Origin: Geosiphon pyriformis uo1
Taxonomy: Eukaryota > Fungi > Glomeromycota
NCBI GenBank assembly: GCA_016748015.1
Contig: JAAOMT010000659.1
Coordinates: 623,222 to 687,221 of the forward strand
Direction of reading: 5' to 3'
Length of the DNA: 64,000 nucleotides
Shown: piece after piece, positions 48,669-63,273 of the stretch
How the letters are laid out: each line of letters begins with the position of its first letter
Numbering within the stretch: the stretch's first letter is position 1
Notes under the pieces: generated by a model
Database searches by the model: none
Seen by the model: the letters and a program-made list of their open reading frames with translations, nothing else
Told to the model about the DNA's origin: nothing
Program-made: the position numbers and the translations under genes

Positions 48669-49347
48669 TGTTATGGTTGAAACTTATACTTCTTATTAAT
48701 TATCACATGTATTAGCCACTGATGTCATATAAATTAGCCACTCTATTTTTGGAAAGTGATTATTGACCTGATCAATGACCTGACTGTTGACTTAATCATT
48801 GACCTAATTATTGACCACTTTTGATAACTATATAAGTGATGAATCTTTTAGCTATAGAAAAACATGTAAGAATCAAAGAAATAAAGAAATAAAATAACAA
48901 CTTTATCTTAATCCTTCTCTTATCACTAATTTCTCTTTCCCTATCTTCAAGTATTTGAACATCTTAAAAAATAAAAGACTACTTGATGGCATTTACCTAT
49001 CCTTTTCCTGAAACATGTAATTGCAGTATTTGAAGATTATTGAATAAAACATAACTGAAGAGCATATCTGATACTTGATATTGAATTCTAAGAGCATTGA
49101 TGTGAGGCATAGAATTATACCAAGTGTAATCATTTGTTGACAGTACAAACTATCTCTCTACCTTCAGATTCACCAGTTATCTTTTAAAAAGTATAGCAAC
49201 TGAGATATTTTATGAGACTGATCTTGCACATTGAATCCATACTTATTTAATTCACTCTTTAAAGTTGAATTCTCTTTGATTATTTCCATCACTCTACAAT
49301 CTTGTTTTTTCTTGCTATCCATTAGCTTGTTATTCCAACTCATAACA
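48669..49347 (+). repeat. 5' LTR of F2
   Basis: TGTTATGG...CATAACA termini, followed by TAAAAG-TGGTGCT. Confidence 0.9.
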
Positions 49348-49399
49348 TAAAAGTGGTGCTCTTTGTGAGGTTTTCAAAATCCATTTTATTTCTTATTGT

Positions 49400-50952
49400 A
49401 TGGGTGATTATTCATACCTGCCACAACAATTAGAAGAATACTTTGAAGCACACAACAAAAATGATCTAGACTTTATTGAACTTAATCCTTTGTCTTTCTG
49501 CTTGATTTGCTTCCCTATTGAAAAACAATTTAGCAGACAATTCCAAGACTTTTGAAACTTGTTCCTGAATAAGCATTTAGCTGAAATCTACACAGTTTAT
49601 ACAACCTATTACTTTAACCAAGCTTATTCTGAAGACAACTTTGAAGAAAAAAACAACAATATCAATCAGCTTTTATATTCTACAACCTTTGAACAACAGC
49701 CTCCTGATTTCGAATATCTGAATCATCAAATCCACATTTGGATTGCTGCCCATCAATTAACTGAAACTTCTCTTAAAACAGAAGAAAAAAGCTATCAAAC
49801 CACTCCCATTTTTGATCTCTTTTCAAGTAAATCAGAACATTTCACACAAACAGTTATACTTGAACCAATGACTCAAGACCCTCTACAACAAAACATTCTG
49901 ATTGCCTTTCAAGGTATACAAACTGCTTTAGGGCAAAGAAACAACAACCCATTACTATTATTCAGAGATGATGCCCAAGATCCAATTGAATGACTGAATG
50001 ACTTTAAGAGAGCTGCCACAGCAAACCAATATAATAATGAATACAAGTTTCAAATTGTTGGTGGCTACCTTCAAGGCTTTTCTGCTACTTGGTTCTCACA
50101 AGAAACCAATACCAATGCTTAGCAAAAAATCATTAGATAGACACTGGCAAATGCTAAAGAAGACAACACCTCTTTCATTGCCCAGTTTGAAATGAAATTT
50201 AGAACTTCCATCTTAATCTTAAAATGGTGTATAAAATTAGAAAAAAGAACTCAAGGCCCTGGTAAGATTGTGACAAAATATGCCAAAGCAATAAGAAACT
50301 CATTAAACAGGTAGACTCTAAAAGAAATTGAACAGAAAAGCAGAAAATACATTTCTTCATAAAAGGACTGAGAACTGATCTATCATATGCTCTTTGGCCC
50401 CTCCTGGCCTTGAAAGATAATCTTACAATAAATATGGCCATTGAACTTGCTCAGAGAATAGAAAACAATCAAAGAATGCATCTAGAATCCACACTTTCAG
50501 TTTTTGCTCCTGCTCTTGTTATGGCTCTTGCTTCTCAAATGGCTGCTACCTCTTTTGCTGTTCAAACTTAAGACCCAAATGAACAGTTAATAGATAGACT
50601 TATAGCTAATCTTGTCTGGCTATTAGAATCATTAGCCCAAGCAGTCAGAGACAACCAACAACCCCAAAGACCCAGATTTGAATCCTGTTTCAATCAGCTC
50701 CAGCAACCACCATATCAAAGACAATAAAATTATGATCCACCTGTGTGCTATTGCTGTGGACTAACTGGACACTTTTCCAGAGACTGTAACAATTCTCCAT
50801 TGCCCCCTCCAGTTCCTAAAAATAATGACATCCAGAATAACAGACCTAACAACAATAATGTTTCCAATCAAAGACCCAATCATGTCAACATTAATTTTTT
50901 TGGAGAAGATCCCTTAGTTGAAGCCACTGTTTATTAGCCTTTAAACTGGTAG
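49400..50952 (+). pseudogene. gag of F2
   Basis: MGDYSY start; CYCCGLTGHFSRDC from 50746. Confidence 0.85.
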
Positions 50953-53900
50953 GCACATCTCCAAAGAGTGAAAGTGCAAGCCAACCAGAAGAAAACCCCT
51001 TTTATGCTTTTAACCTAACTGATAATGATCATGACATGAATGAATTAGCAATCAACACTTCTGAATCAACAAGAAAGAAGAAGAAAGCCAAGGTTGATTT
51101 CGTTCTAGATCCAAAGAAAGCATCTATATCAACTGCTGATAACAATGAACCACCAAAGACTAAAGTTTTTAAAAATCCTCCAAAGTTAGAATCTCCAGAA
51201 ATTATACAAAAATCTGGACCCTATTCTGTTGTCAAAGATCTCATAGAAATGTCTGCACACATTACATTTGGCCAACTGATGATCCATTCACAGTTTAGAA
51301 AAAATCTTTGCAAATCATTGATACTGTTACAGATTGGAGTAACAAACTAACAGATAGCAAGGAAAAACAGGATTGTAGGGTAATAGAAATAATCAAAGAG
51401 AATTCAACTTCAATGAGCAAATTGAATAAGTATGGATTCAATGTGCAAGATCAGTCTTATAAAATATCTCAGTTGCTATTCTTTTCAAAGATAATTGGGA
51501 AATCTGAAGGTAGAGGGATAATCTATACTGTCAACAAATAATCATGCCTGGTATAATTCTATGTTTCATGTCAGCACTTTTAGAATTCAATATCACATAT
51601 TAGATGTACTTTTTAGTCACATTTTATTCAATAATTTTCAAATGCTACAATTACACATTTCAGGAAAAGGGTAGGAAATAACCAACAAGTAATTTTTTAT
51701 CTTTAAGATGTTCAGATACTTGAAAGTAAGAAAAGAGAAATTAGTGATAAGAGAGAGATTGAGATGAAAGTTGTTATTTTATTTATTTGATTTCTTTGAT
51801 TTTTATATGCTTTTTTACAGCTAAGAAATTCATTGTTTATATAGCTGTCAAAAGTGGTCAATAATTAGGTCAATGGTCAGATTATTGATAGGTCAATGAT
51901 TACTTACTAAAAATAGAGTGGCTAATTTATGTGACATCAGTGGCTAATACATGTAATAATTAATAAGAAGTATAAGTTTCAACTGTAACAATACTAAAAA
52001 AGAAGACACCAAAAACCAATAAACACTCTCATTAAGCTGGACTTGCTAATAATAGCAATGCCATCCCTCTGATTTGTAAAGCCCAAGTGGCTGGTTACTT
52101 CATTGATTTGATTCTAGACAGTAGATAATCTGTTAGTGTAATTGCCAAACACTTTTTTGAAGCAATTGGCAGAAAAATTGATGAGCCTTTTACAAGACCA
52201 ATAACCAATGTACATAATGACAAGAAAAAAGGTCTGGGCATAGCCAAAGCTATTTCTGTCCACATTAATGATATCAGCATTGAAACTGACATGAAAGTAT
52301 CTAAAGTAAAAGAATACACCATAATTGTTGGCAATAAGTAGCTTAAAAAAGCTAAAACACTACTTGACTATAAGCTTTGTGAGCTAATCATTAGATGTAA
52401 TGAAAAACCCATTGTAGTTAAGTGTTGTCACTGGACAATCCCTCCAGTACCCAAGCAAAACCAAGAAAAAAAACAATCAGACGAATCAGATGATGATGAG
52501 AATAATAATAAAGATCAAGAAAAACAAGAAAAAACTGCTGAACTTGTCTATACCATCTTCACCAGCAATGCCAAATCACTGGACAATATTAAAGTTGACA
52601 AAGAAGGAATTATAGTAAATAGCAAGCTGATCTGCTAGCTCTACTATGATATCCTCAGAAGAACTTTTGACAAAAAACCTAACAAGAAAGCCAAATACAA
52701 TTATTGGTGGCATGGTCTTTGTGCATGGTGCTGGTGTAATAAACTTTTGTATTTACCAAGTGATGAATGCAAATCCTGCCTAATTTATTACAAAGATTGG
52801 GAACCAATTAGCTTAATACTTTGAGAAGAACTTAAAGAAATACAAAAGTCCTTTGAGAATGAAACACCTGAAATCTAATCATTAGTTATAGAACAAAAAA
52901 AACTTTCTCTTGAAGAAAGAAAAGTGAACATTGAAAATCTGTTGGCTAAAAATAGTCCAGTTATATCAAAAGAAGATAATATCCCTAGACAAACCCATGT
53001 GATACAACACACTATCACCACCAAAGAAACTTGTCCCATCCATTTAAAGCCTTATTAATCCAATTAATACAATAATGAGTTTATCAAGAAAGAGATAAAC
53101 TGGATGAAAGATCTTGGATTCATACAAGAAACCAAGAGTGAATGGGCTTTCCCAATTGTAGTGGTATCCAAAAAAGGAGGAACTCTACACTTCTGTGTTG
53201 ATTATTGCCAACTAAATATTATTACTATAAGAGACATATACCCACTTCTCATAATTGATAAAATGCTAGATAAATTCAATAGTGCTGCTTTTTTCTCAAC
53301 CATTGACTTAACTGCTGGATTCTGGCAAATAGAGATGGATCCAGAAAACAGAAAGAAAACTGCCTTCATCACCAAGTATGGCACCTATAAATTCACAGTC
53401 ATGCCTTTTGGTCTTATTAATGCTCCTCCCACTTTTCAATGCCTGATAGACAAAGTATTTGAATCAGTAAAAGAAAACTTTGTTCTGGTCTACTTAGACA
53501 ACATAATGGTCTACTCAAAAACCTGGGATAAACACCTTGAACATTTACAGAAGATTTTTGACTTGCTTAGAAATGCTGGCCTTAAGATAAATCCAATCAA
53601 ATCTTTCTTTGGACACTAATTCACCCAGTTTCTTGGTCATTTTATTACAAAAGATGGAATCTTCCCTGACCCAGCTAAAGTTAAAAAAGTTCAGAACATT
53701 AGACAATCAATGAATGTTTCTGAACTATGCTCTTTTCTTGGTTTGGTCTCTTACTATCACAAATTTGTCAAGGATTTCTCCAAAATTGCCTTTTCTCTTA
53801 ATCAGCTACTCAAGAAAAATGTCAATTATTACTGGAGCACTCATTAACAAAAAGCTTTTGAATTTCTGAAGGAAAAACTTGTCACTAAACCAATTCTCAA

Positions 53901-54299
53901 GCAATCTGATTTGGACCAACTTTTTATTTTTACACTGATACATCTGGCTATAGACTTGGTGCTGTTTTTTTATAGAAAAATGAAAATGGCAGAGAACATG
54001 TTATAGCATATGCCAGTAGATCCCTTACACCAACAAAAAAGAACTATTCAGTTACTAAACAAGAATGTTTAACAGTAGTTTGGGCTATCAACTACTGAGA
54101 TCAATATCTTCTTGGTACAAAATTCTTAGTGGTAACAGATCATCAAGCCTTGGTTTGGCTGTGCAAGAAAAAAAAGCTGGAACACAAACAAATAACTCGC
54201 TGAATACTCCACTTGGATGAATTTGACTATGATATTTAACACCACAAAGGAGCAAATCATCAAAATGCTGATGCTTTATCTAGACTTACCATCCAGTGA
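50940..54299 (+). pseudogene. pol of F2, interrupted by the solo LTR
   Basis: ORFs 51036 and 53104; ends SRLTIQ* (TGA 54297-54299). Confidence 0.85.
51325..51990 (-). repeat. Solo LTR with perfect 4-bp TSD ATAC
   Basis: ATAC at 51321-51324 and 51991-51994; TGTTACAG...CTGTAACA termini. Confidence 0.93.
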
Positions 54300-54364
54300 C
54301 AGTACAACTTCTCAAACTAAACCAACTTAATTATTAGTAACTCCTTTATAAAACAAACATAATA

Positions 54365-55678
54365 ATGGACTTGGACAACTACTTTGCCTTAATAAAATTT
54401 TTAGGTAAAGGACAATACCCACCTAAATACACTCGACAGCAAAAAAAACATTTGCACAAACAATCAAATTTTTATTTGATTTGCCAGAACCAATTATACA
54501 AAAGAAACAGAAAAAATTCTGACCACTCTCAAAGAGTTATTAGATTTGAAGAAAAAAAAATTGTAATATACAACATACACACTGACCCATTAGCTGGACA
54601 CTTTGAAAAAACAAAAACAATTCAGAAAACTTTAGCTTGTTATTATTGGTCTATCTTAGAAAAAAACATTGCTAAATACATCAAAATTTGTGACATCTGC
54701 CAAAGAAAAAACAAACCCAATTGCAAAGAAAATATCTATTCAATTTCTGTTGGTCAATCATTTAACAGAATTGGTATAGATGTTGTTAGATCTTTAACAA
54801 TAACTCCTAATGGCAACAAATACATTATTACAGCTACTGACTATCTTACAAAATGAGTAGAAGCAAGAACCACCCCAGACCAAACAGCAGTTTCAATAGC
54901 CAATTTTATTTATAAAGATATTATCTGCTGTCATGGCTGCTCTTAAGAACTTTTATCTGATAAAGGAAGAGCTTTTCTCAGTATACTGGTTAAAAAACTT
55001 TGTAAAAAAATAAGAATATGTCATAAACTTTTCTCTCTTTATCACCCCAAAACAAATGGGCTAGTAGAACATTTTAATAGAACACTATGTGAAACTCTAG
55101 CCAAAACCAGTGAAGAAATAAACTTATGAGACAAAGTACTGCCTTCAGCTTTGTTTGCTTATAAAACTGTGAATCATAACATAACAAGTTATGAACTTTT
55201 TTATCTGCTCTATGAACACATGGCAACACTACCAATAAAAACTGACATTGAAACAATACTCTTTGAAGAGATCACAATAGGAAATTACAAAAACATTTTG
55301 CAAAAAAGACTTGGTACCATTCTTGACTCCTTGGTAGAAGCATGAATAATTGCTTTTGAAAAAATAAAACAGTTTCAAGAAAAGCTTAAGAAAAAGAAAA
55401 CCTATAAAACACTTTTTTTAAGTGTTGGTAACTTAATACTAGAATATTGCTTTAACAGAAATAATGTTTATGGTGATAAATTCTCTAGCTGATAGAAAAA
55501 ACTCTCTATAGTCAACAAAGTTTTGAACAATGGTTTTTATATTTTTCAAGATCAATCCAGAACAATCTTCAATAATTGTCCTGTTTATGATACATGACTC
55601 AAGAAATATCATAAACAACCTAATTGGCTGTCTGTTGTGATAATACTGACTCAAATAATCAGCAAAAATCAAATATAA
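54365..55678 (+). pseudogene. Integrase ORF of F2
   Basis: MDLDNY start; ORFs 54365-54856 and 55151-55345. Confidence 0.85.
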
Positions 55679-55719
55679 ATAAATGCATCATTTTTAAAAC
55701 AGAGATATTTTTAATTAAC

Positions 55720-56376
55720 ATGAACAATTATTTTCTGGATCAAAACATTCAAAACGTCTTCTATACTTTTCATGAGTATTGGATCAAAAACTATCCAAAT
55801 GCTACTCTAATTATTGGAAAACAAACCACCATAACTGATAACAGTAAAACACATACTATTATTAGACTAAAGAAAACTACTACCAAAAGAGAAAGAATTG
55901 GTAGTAAAATGGATAAATATCTGTTAGAAAGTATAACAGCAGTTATACTTATACCTTCCAATACAATTGGGAAAACACTTCAAAAAATCTTACCCATAAA
56001 CAAAAACTTGTCATATAGCAGGCAATTAGAACTCTATGGTGACTTTGGTGAAATTATAGAGGATATGAAACTCATGAAGAAAACAACTTTAGAGATACAA
56101 GCAGAAATTTTGGGCATTATATGGTTAGATGTCTCAAGAGTTTTAATTATTGCTAAAAGAGCCAAAACTCTAATACAAAGATTTGGTCTCTTGAATACAA
56201 AACTCATTTTGCCTTAAGTATTATATACCTTATCTACAAAAAACTTCAACAAACTAGTTAGCTTTGAGTTAGATAAAACCTTTTAAATAGATTACATCAT
56301 AAATAGTTTGATTTTGCCAGAGCTCAATCTCTTTGGAGAAGATAATGTTATGGTTGAAACTTATACTTCTTATTAA
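55720..56376 (+). pseudogene. ORF4 of F2
   Basis: ATG at 55720; premature TAA at 56215. Confidence 0.78.
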
Positions 56377-57035
56377 TTATTACATGTATTAGCCACTAAT
56401 GTCATATAAATTAGCCACTCTATTTTTGGAAAGTGATCATTGACCTGATCATTGACCTAATCAATAATCTGATTATTGACCTGACCATTGACCTGATCAT
56501 TGACTACTTTTGATAGCTATATAAGCAATGAATCTTTTAGCTATAGAAAAACATGTAAGAATCAAAGAAATAAAAAATAAAATAACAACTTCATCTCAAT
56601 CCTTCTCTTATTGCTAATTTTTTTTTCCCTACTTTCAAGTATCTAAACATCTTAAAAGATAAAAGACTACTTGTTGGCATTTATCTATCTTTTTCTTAAA
56701 ACATGTAATTACAGTATTTAAAGATTATTGAATAAAACATAACTGAAAAGCACATCTAATACTTGATATTGAATTCTAAGAGCACCAACATGAGGCATAG
56801 AATTATATCAAGTGTGATTATTTGTTAATAGTATGAACTATTTCTCTACCTTCAGATTTCCCGGTTATCTTTTGAAAAGTATAGTGACTGAAATATTTTA
56901 TGAGACTGATCTCGCACATTGAACTCATACTTATTTAATTCGCTCTTTAAAGTTGAATTCCCTTTAATTATTTCCATTATCCTACAATCTTGTTCTCCCT
57001 TGTTATTCATTAGCTTGTTACTCCAACCTGTAATA
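56346..57035 (+). repeat. 3' LTR of F2
   Basis: TGTTATGG...TGTAATA termini, after the PPT. Confidence 0.9.
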
Positions 57036-57235
57036 ATAGTATGTTGTATTACATGAGTTTGTCTGGGGATGTCTCCTTTTTTTGAAATAACTGGGCTATT
57101 TTTAGCCAACAAATTTTTAATGTCCATTTTTTTTTCTTTAAGAGAAGGTTTTTTTTGTTTTACAACTAATGATTGGATTTTAAATAGTTTATTTTCAAAA
57201 GATTTTTGTATTTTTTTTAGTTCTTCTCTGGATAT
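57036..57235 (-). mobile_element. Gypsy pol fragment, continuation of 47745-48668
   Basis: ...IQKSFEN...THVIQHT within ORF 56852-57271. Confidence 0.85.
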
Positions 57236-57866
57236 TGTTATGGATTGAAGTAACAAACTAATGGATAGCAAAAGAAAACAAGATTGTAGAATGATGAAAA
57301 GAAATTAACTTCAAAGAGCAAATTGAATAAATATGAATTCAATGTGTGAGATCAGTCTTATAACATATTTCAGTCGCTATACTTTTCAAGGATAACCAGA
57401 AAATCTGAAGGTAAAAAAATAGTCTATACTGTCAACAAATGATCACATCTGGTATAATTCTATACTTTATGTCAGCACTCTTAGAATTTAATATCAGGTA
57501 TCAGATGTGCTCTTTAGTCATGTTTTATTCAATAATCTTCAAATGCTTCAATTACACATTTCAGGAGAAGGGTAAGGAATAACCAATAAGTAATCTTTTA
57601 TTTTTAAGATGTTCAGATACTTGAAGATAGGGAAAGAGAAATTAGCAATAAGAAAAAGATTAAGATAAAGTTGTTACTTTATTTTTTTTATTTTTTTGAT
57701 TCTTATATGCTTTTCTATAGTTAAAAAATTTATTCTTTATATAGTTATTAAAAGTAGTCATTGATCAGGTCAATGATCACTATCTAAAAATAGAATAGTT
57801 AATTATATAACATTAGTGGCTAATACATGTAATAATTAATAAAAAGTATAAATTTCAATCATAATA
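57236..57866 (-). repeat. Solo LTR (subfamily b) with non-matching flanks
   Basis: TGTTATGG...CATAATA termini; flanks ATAT and CTAT belong to different elements. Confidence 0.88.
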
Positions 57867-60521
57867 CTATAAACCACTAAAACCAAATTAAAATAAAACA
57901 ACTATTTAATTAAATTAGAATTAATTTAGTAAGATTATTAACAACAATCAATAGAAACAACTAATATATAGCAGTTATCATAAACTATCTTACAAAATAA
58001 CTGAAAACTAAAACTATTTAAAAAATAAATGCAAAATCCATAACTGAATTTATATATCAAAATTTAATTTGTTGACATAGATGTTCAAAAAAATTATTGT
58101 TAGACCAAAAAACTCATTTTGTAAACAAAATATTAATAAAATTAAGTCAAAAATTTGGAATCAAAAGACTATTATTATCTTTATATTATTTACAAACCAA
58201 TAGCTTAGTCAAAAAATTTAATAGAATATTGTATAAAACAATAACCAAAATCAGCCAAAAAAATCAAAATAAATGAGATTTGTTTATTAAATAATAAAAC
58301 AAGATACTATACAAACAATATTATTTGAGTTAGTATATAATAAAACAGCAATACTACTAATAAAGATAAATATTTATATATATTTAACAGAACCAATAAC
58401 AAAAGCTAATTGTCAAAAAACACTATTGTGAAAAATTTATTACTTAATAAAAATACTGAAAAATAAAAAAAAAAGCAGTTAATAATATTCAAAAATTACA
58501 AAAAAAACAAAAACAACAACATAATAACTAGTTATTAGATAAACCAATTGAATTCAAGATTAAAGACAAAGTACTCTTATATTATACCAAAGCAGAAAAA
58601 CAATAAAGTAAAAAATTTGACTCCAAATAGAATAATTTATTTTATATTGAAAAAATTCTGGAAAACAGAGCATATAAGTTAAGATAAAACAACAAAATTT
58701 TAATTAAAACAGTACATAATAATTGACTAAAACTATATTACAATATAATATTATCTTTTATCAATAATATTCTACAACTAAAAGTACAACAAATACTAGT
58801 TAAACCAGATAAAATTCTACAAATTTTAAAACCAATTATAGTCATTAAAGCAAACATATCAATTTAAACAATTAGAATAGTATATAAAAAACTTGTACAT
58901 ATAATAAAAACAATCAAAAAAATAAAAATTCCAGATTATATTTATATTTTGGCACAACAATTATTTTTGACAATAAATCAGCAACAATTAAACATAGAAA
59001 TAATTATTAATTACCAAATGATTTATTATAAAAACACAAGCAAAAAAAAACAAAGAACAGTTCATACTAGTAACCATAGAAACAACCAAATTACTGGTCA
59101 AATAAAATTAAAAAAAGTAAAAAACACTTTTGAAAAAATACTGAGTATTATTACAACCAAAAAATTGACTAAAAAAAATTAAAAATTATGGATAGAATAA
59201 TTTTCAAAAGCATATTGTTATTATTAGCTAAGACAAAAGTTAAATTTTAAGAATTATATACAGACAAATCGAAAAAAATATTTAATTAACAAATAGAACA
59301 ACAAATTAAGAATTCTATTAAAAAAAACAAGTTTTATACTATATATTAAAACAATTTATTGACTACATGTTATATTTTAGAATTATTCAGAAATACTATT
59401 GTATTCAAAAATAAAAACAATAACTGTTAACCAATAAGAAAAAATAACTAACTTCTAATTTGAAAATCTAAAAACCAAAATTGAACACACAATATTAAAA
59501 AAAAAAATAATAGAGTTAATTTAAAATAAAAATTTAATAAAGCTCAATATTAAAAAAAAAATATTATTACTTATAGAAAAAGTATACAAAAAAAAATCAG
59601 AAAAATAGACCAATAGATAAATAATATTTAACATATAAACATATTTTCAAAAATATGTACATTTACAAAAAATGAACAAATTATCAGAAAATTTTGACAC
59701 TTTTTTAAAAATGTGCATATTTACAAAAAATAAGCATATTTTTAAGAAATTATAATATATTGCTTAAAAATAAGCACAGTTTTAGAAAGTAGTATAAAAA
59801 AAAGTAAAAATATATAAGATTTTATATAATAGAAATTATGTATATATAGTAATAATATCAAAAAAGAGAAAAGTATTTACAAATTTAGACAAATTTTTAA
59901 TTAATTAACAATTAATATTTATAATATACTTTTTTTTTTAAAAGATGGTTTTCTATATCTTAAAATAAAATTATCTTAATATTAAATAAAATTATCATTT
60001 AATTATTCAATTTATGTTATTTTTTTTATTAAATTAAAATTGTTATTTTTTATTTTTATTAACAACTTATGCTAATAACATCTGCTGCTTAATCATATTA
60101 AGCCAATAGCTCTTAATTATGACTATTAACAAAATATTAATATTTTATTTCTTTTTTTATTTTTTTTTATTTTATTTTTTATTTTATTTTCTTTGTTTTA
60201 TATTGTATACTAATTGATTAAAAAATTAAGTATTAAAATATTAACATTAAGAATAGTCTAGTAAAAAACTCATAAACAAAAATAAAAACTTAAAAATAAC
60301 TTATCAGAAAAGCATAACTACCAGATTAAATTGGTTTCTATGCTAAAAAAAAAAATTCAGAAAAACAACTACCAAGTAAATTTTTGTTTATTATACAAAG
60401 AACTTAACCAAAACTTATAAATCTAAAAACTTTTAGAAACTATCTACAATATTATTAACTATTAAGTACTAAATTATAAGTTTATTATTTATTTCAATAT
60501 TTTAAATAATCATCTGTAATA
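57867..60521 (+). mobile_element. Extremely decayed LTR element of a second gypsy family (integrase, probable 3' ORF, probable LTR ~59565-60521)
   Basis: Reversing C>T and G>A changes gives integrase-like ...YI.V..DYLTKW.EA... (~57965-58015) and ...QTN.LV..FN... (~58190-58225); A-rich PPT-like tract at ~59552. Confidence 0.55.
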
Positions 60522-60522
60522 A

Positions 60523-61403
60523 TGTTATGGGTTGGAGTAACAAGCTAATAAATAGCAAGGAAGAACAGGATTGTAGGGTAATAGAAATAATCAAAAAGAT
60601 TTCAACTTCAAGAAGCAAATTGAATAAGTATAGATTCAATATATAAGATCAGTCTTATAAAATATCTCAGTTGTTATACTTTTTAAATATAACTGGAGAA
60701 TCTGAAAGTAGAGAGATAGTCCATACTGTCAACAAATAATCATGTCTGGTATAATTCTATGCCTCATATCAGCACTCTTAGAATTTAATATCAGGTATCA
60801 GATGTACTTTTCAGTTACATTTTACTCAATAATCTTCAAATGCTGCAATTACATGTTTCAGGAAAAGAGTAAAGAATAATCAACAAGTAATCTTTTATTT
60901 CAAAATATTCAGATATTTGAAGGTAGAAAAGAGAAAATTAGTGGTAAGAGAATAATTGAGATGAAAGTTGTTATTTTATTTATTTTATTTTCTTGATTTC
61001 TATATGCTTTTCTATAGCTAAAAGATTCATTGCTTATATAGCTATTAAAAGTAGTCAATAATCAGGTCAACAACTAGGTCAATGATTACTTTCTAAAAAT
61101 AGAATGGCTAATTTATATAACATTAGTGGCTAATACATGTAATAATTAATAAGAAGCATAAGTTTTAATTATAATATCATCTTTTCCAAAGAGATTGAGC
61201 TCCAGCAAAATCAAGCTATTTATGGTGTAATCTATTTGAAAAGTTTTATTTAACTCAAAGCTAACTAGTTTGTTAAAGTCTTTTGTGGATAAGATATATA
61301 ATACTTGAGGTAAAATGAGTTTTGTATCCAAGAGACCAAATCTTTGTATTAGAGTTTTGGCTCTTCTGGCCATAGTTAAAACTCTTGAGACATTTAATCA
61401 TAT
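60523..61403 (-). mobile_element. Gypsy 3' end: LTR 60523-61176 plus ORF4 C-terminus
   Basis: LTR termini, PPT, ORF 61146-61373. Confidence 0.88.
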
Positions 61404-63273
61404 TGTTACAAATTGGAGTAACAAGCTAATAGATAGCAAGAGAAAACAGGATTGTAGAGTGATGGAAATAATCAAAGGGAATTCAACTTCAAAAAGTGAA
61501 TTAAATAAGTATGGATTCAATGTGCGAGATTAGTCTTATAAAATATCTCAGTCGCCATACTTTTTAAAGATAACTGGGAAATTTGAAAGTAAAAGGATAG
61601 TCTGTACTGTTAACAAATGATCATGCATGGTATAATTCTATGTCTCATGTCAGTGCTCTTAGAATTCAATATTAGGTATCAGATATGCTCTTTAGTCATA
61701 TTTTATTTAATAATCTTCAAATGCTGCAATTACATGTTTCAGGAAAAGGTAAGGAATAACCAACAAGTGATCTTTTATCTTTTAAGATATTCAGATACTT
61801 GAAAGTAAAGAAAGAGAAATTAGCAATAAAAGAAAAATTGAGATGAAATTGTTATTTTATTTCTTTTATTTCTTTGATTCTTACATGTTTTTTCTACAGC
61901 TAAGAGATTCATCACTTATATAGCTGTCAAAAGTGGTCAATGATCACTTTCCAAAAATAGAATGGCTAATTAATATGATATCAGTGGCTAATACATGTGA
62001 TAATTAATAAGAAGTTTAAGTTTCAACTGTAACATCATCCTTTCCAAAGAGATTGAGCTTCAGTGAAATCAAGCTATTTATGGTGTAATCTATTAGAAGA
62101 GTTTTATCTAACTCAAAGCTAACTAGTTTGTTGAAGTCTTTTGTGGATAAGGTATATAATACTTGAGGTAAAATGAGTTTTGTATTCAAGAAACCAAATC
62201 TTTGTATTAGAGTTTTGGCTCTTTTAGCAATAGTTAAAACTCTTGGGACATCTAACCATATAATGCCCAAAATTTCTGTCTGTATCTCTAAAGTTGTTTT
62301 TTTCATGAGTTTCATATTTTTTATAATTTCACCAAAGTAACCATAGAGTTCTAATTGCCTGCTATATGACAAGTTTTTGTTTATAGATAAGATTTTTTAA
62401 AGTGTTTTCCCAATTGTGTTAGAAAGTGAGAGTATAGCTGCTATTATACTTTCCAACAAATATTTATCTATTTTACTACCAATTATTTCTCTTCTGATAG
62501 TAGTTTTCTTTGGTCTAATAACAGTATGTGTTTCACTGTTATCTGTTATGGTGGTTTGTTTTCCAATGGTTAGAGTAGTATTTGGATAGTTTTTGATCCA
62601 ATACTTATGAAGAGTATAGAAGGCATTTTGAATGTTTTGATCCAGAAAATAATTGTTCATGTCAATTGAAAATACCTCTGTTTTGGAAATAGTGTATTTA
62701 TTTATACTTGATTTTCACTGATTATTTGAGTCGGTATTATCACAATAGGCAGCCAATCAAGTCGTTTATAATATTTCTTGAGTTGTGTATCATGAACAGG
62801 ATGATTATTGAAGATTGTTCTGGATTGATTTTGAAGAATATAAAAACCATTGTTCAAAACTTTGTTGACTATAAAAGGTCTTTTCCACCAGCTAAAAAAT
62901 TTATTACCATAAACATTGTCTCTGTTAGAACAGTATTCTAGTATCAAGTTATCAACACTTAAAGAAAGTATTTTATAGGTTTTTTTTTTCTTAAGCTTTT
63001 CTTGAAACTGTTTTATTTTTTCAAAAGCAATTATTCATGCTTCTACCAAGGAGTCAAAAATGATACCAAATCTTCTTTGCAAAATGTCTTTGTAATTTCC
63101 TATTGTGATTTCTTCAAAGAGTATTGTTTTAATGTTAGTTTCTATTGGTAGTGTTGCCATGCATCCATAGAACAGATAAAAAGATTTATAACTTTTTATG
63201 TTATGATTCACAGTTCTATAAACAAACAAAGCTAAAGGCAGTACTTTGTCTCATAAGTTTGTTTCTTTACTGG
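61404..63273 (-). mobile_element. Gypsy 3' end nested in the previous copy: LTR 61404-62034, ORF4 ~62004-62660, integrase C-terminus 62702-63273
   Basis: TGTTACAA...CTGTAACA termini; ORFs 62016, 62397, 62702 and 63035. Confidence 0.88.

Larger units (their letters stand above)
48669..57035 (+). mobile_element. Full-length Ty3/gypsy element F2 (more decayed) containing a solo LTR
   Basis: LTRs 48669-49347 and 56346-57035; PBS from 49354; gag 49400-50952; pol 50940-54299; IN 54365-55678; ORF4 55720-56376; flanks ATAA/ATAG. Confidence 0.92.
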
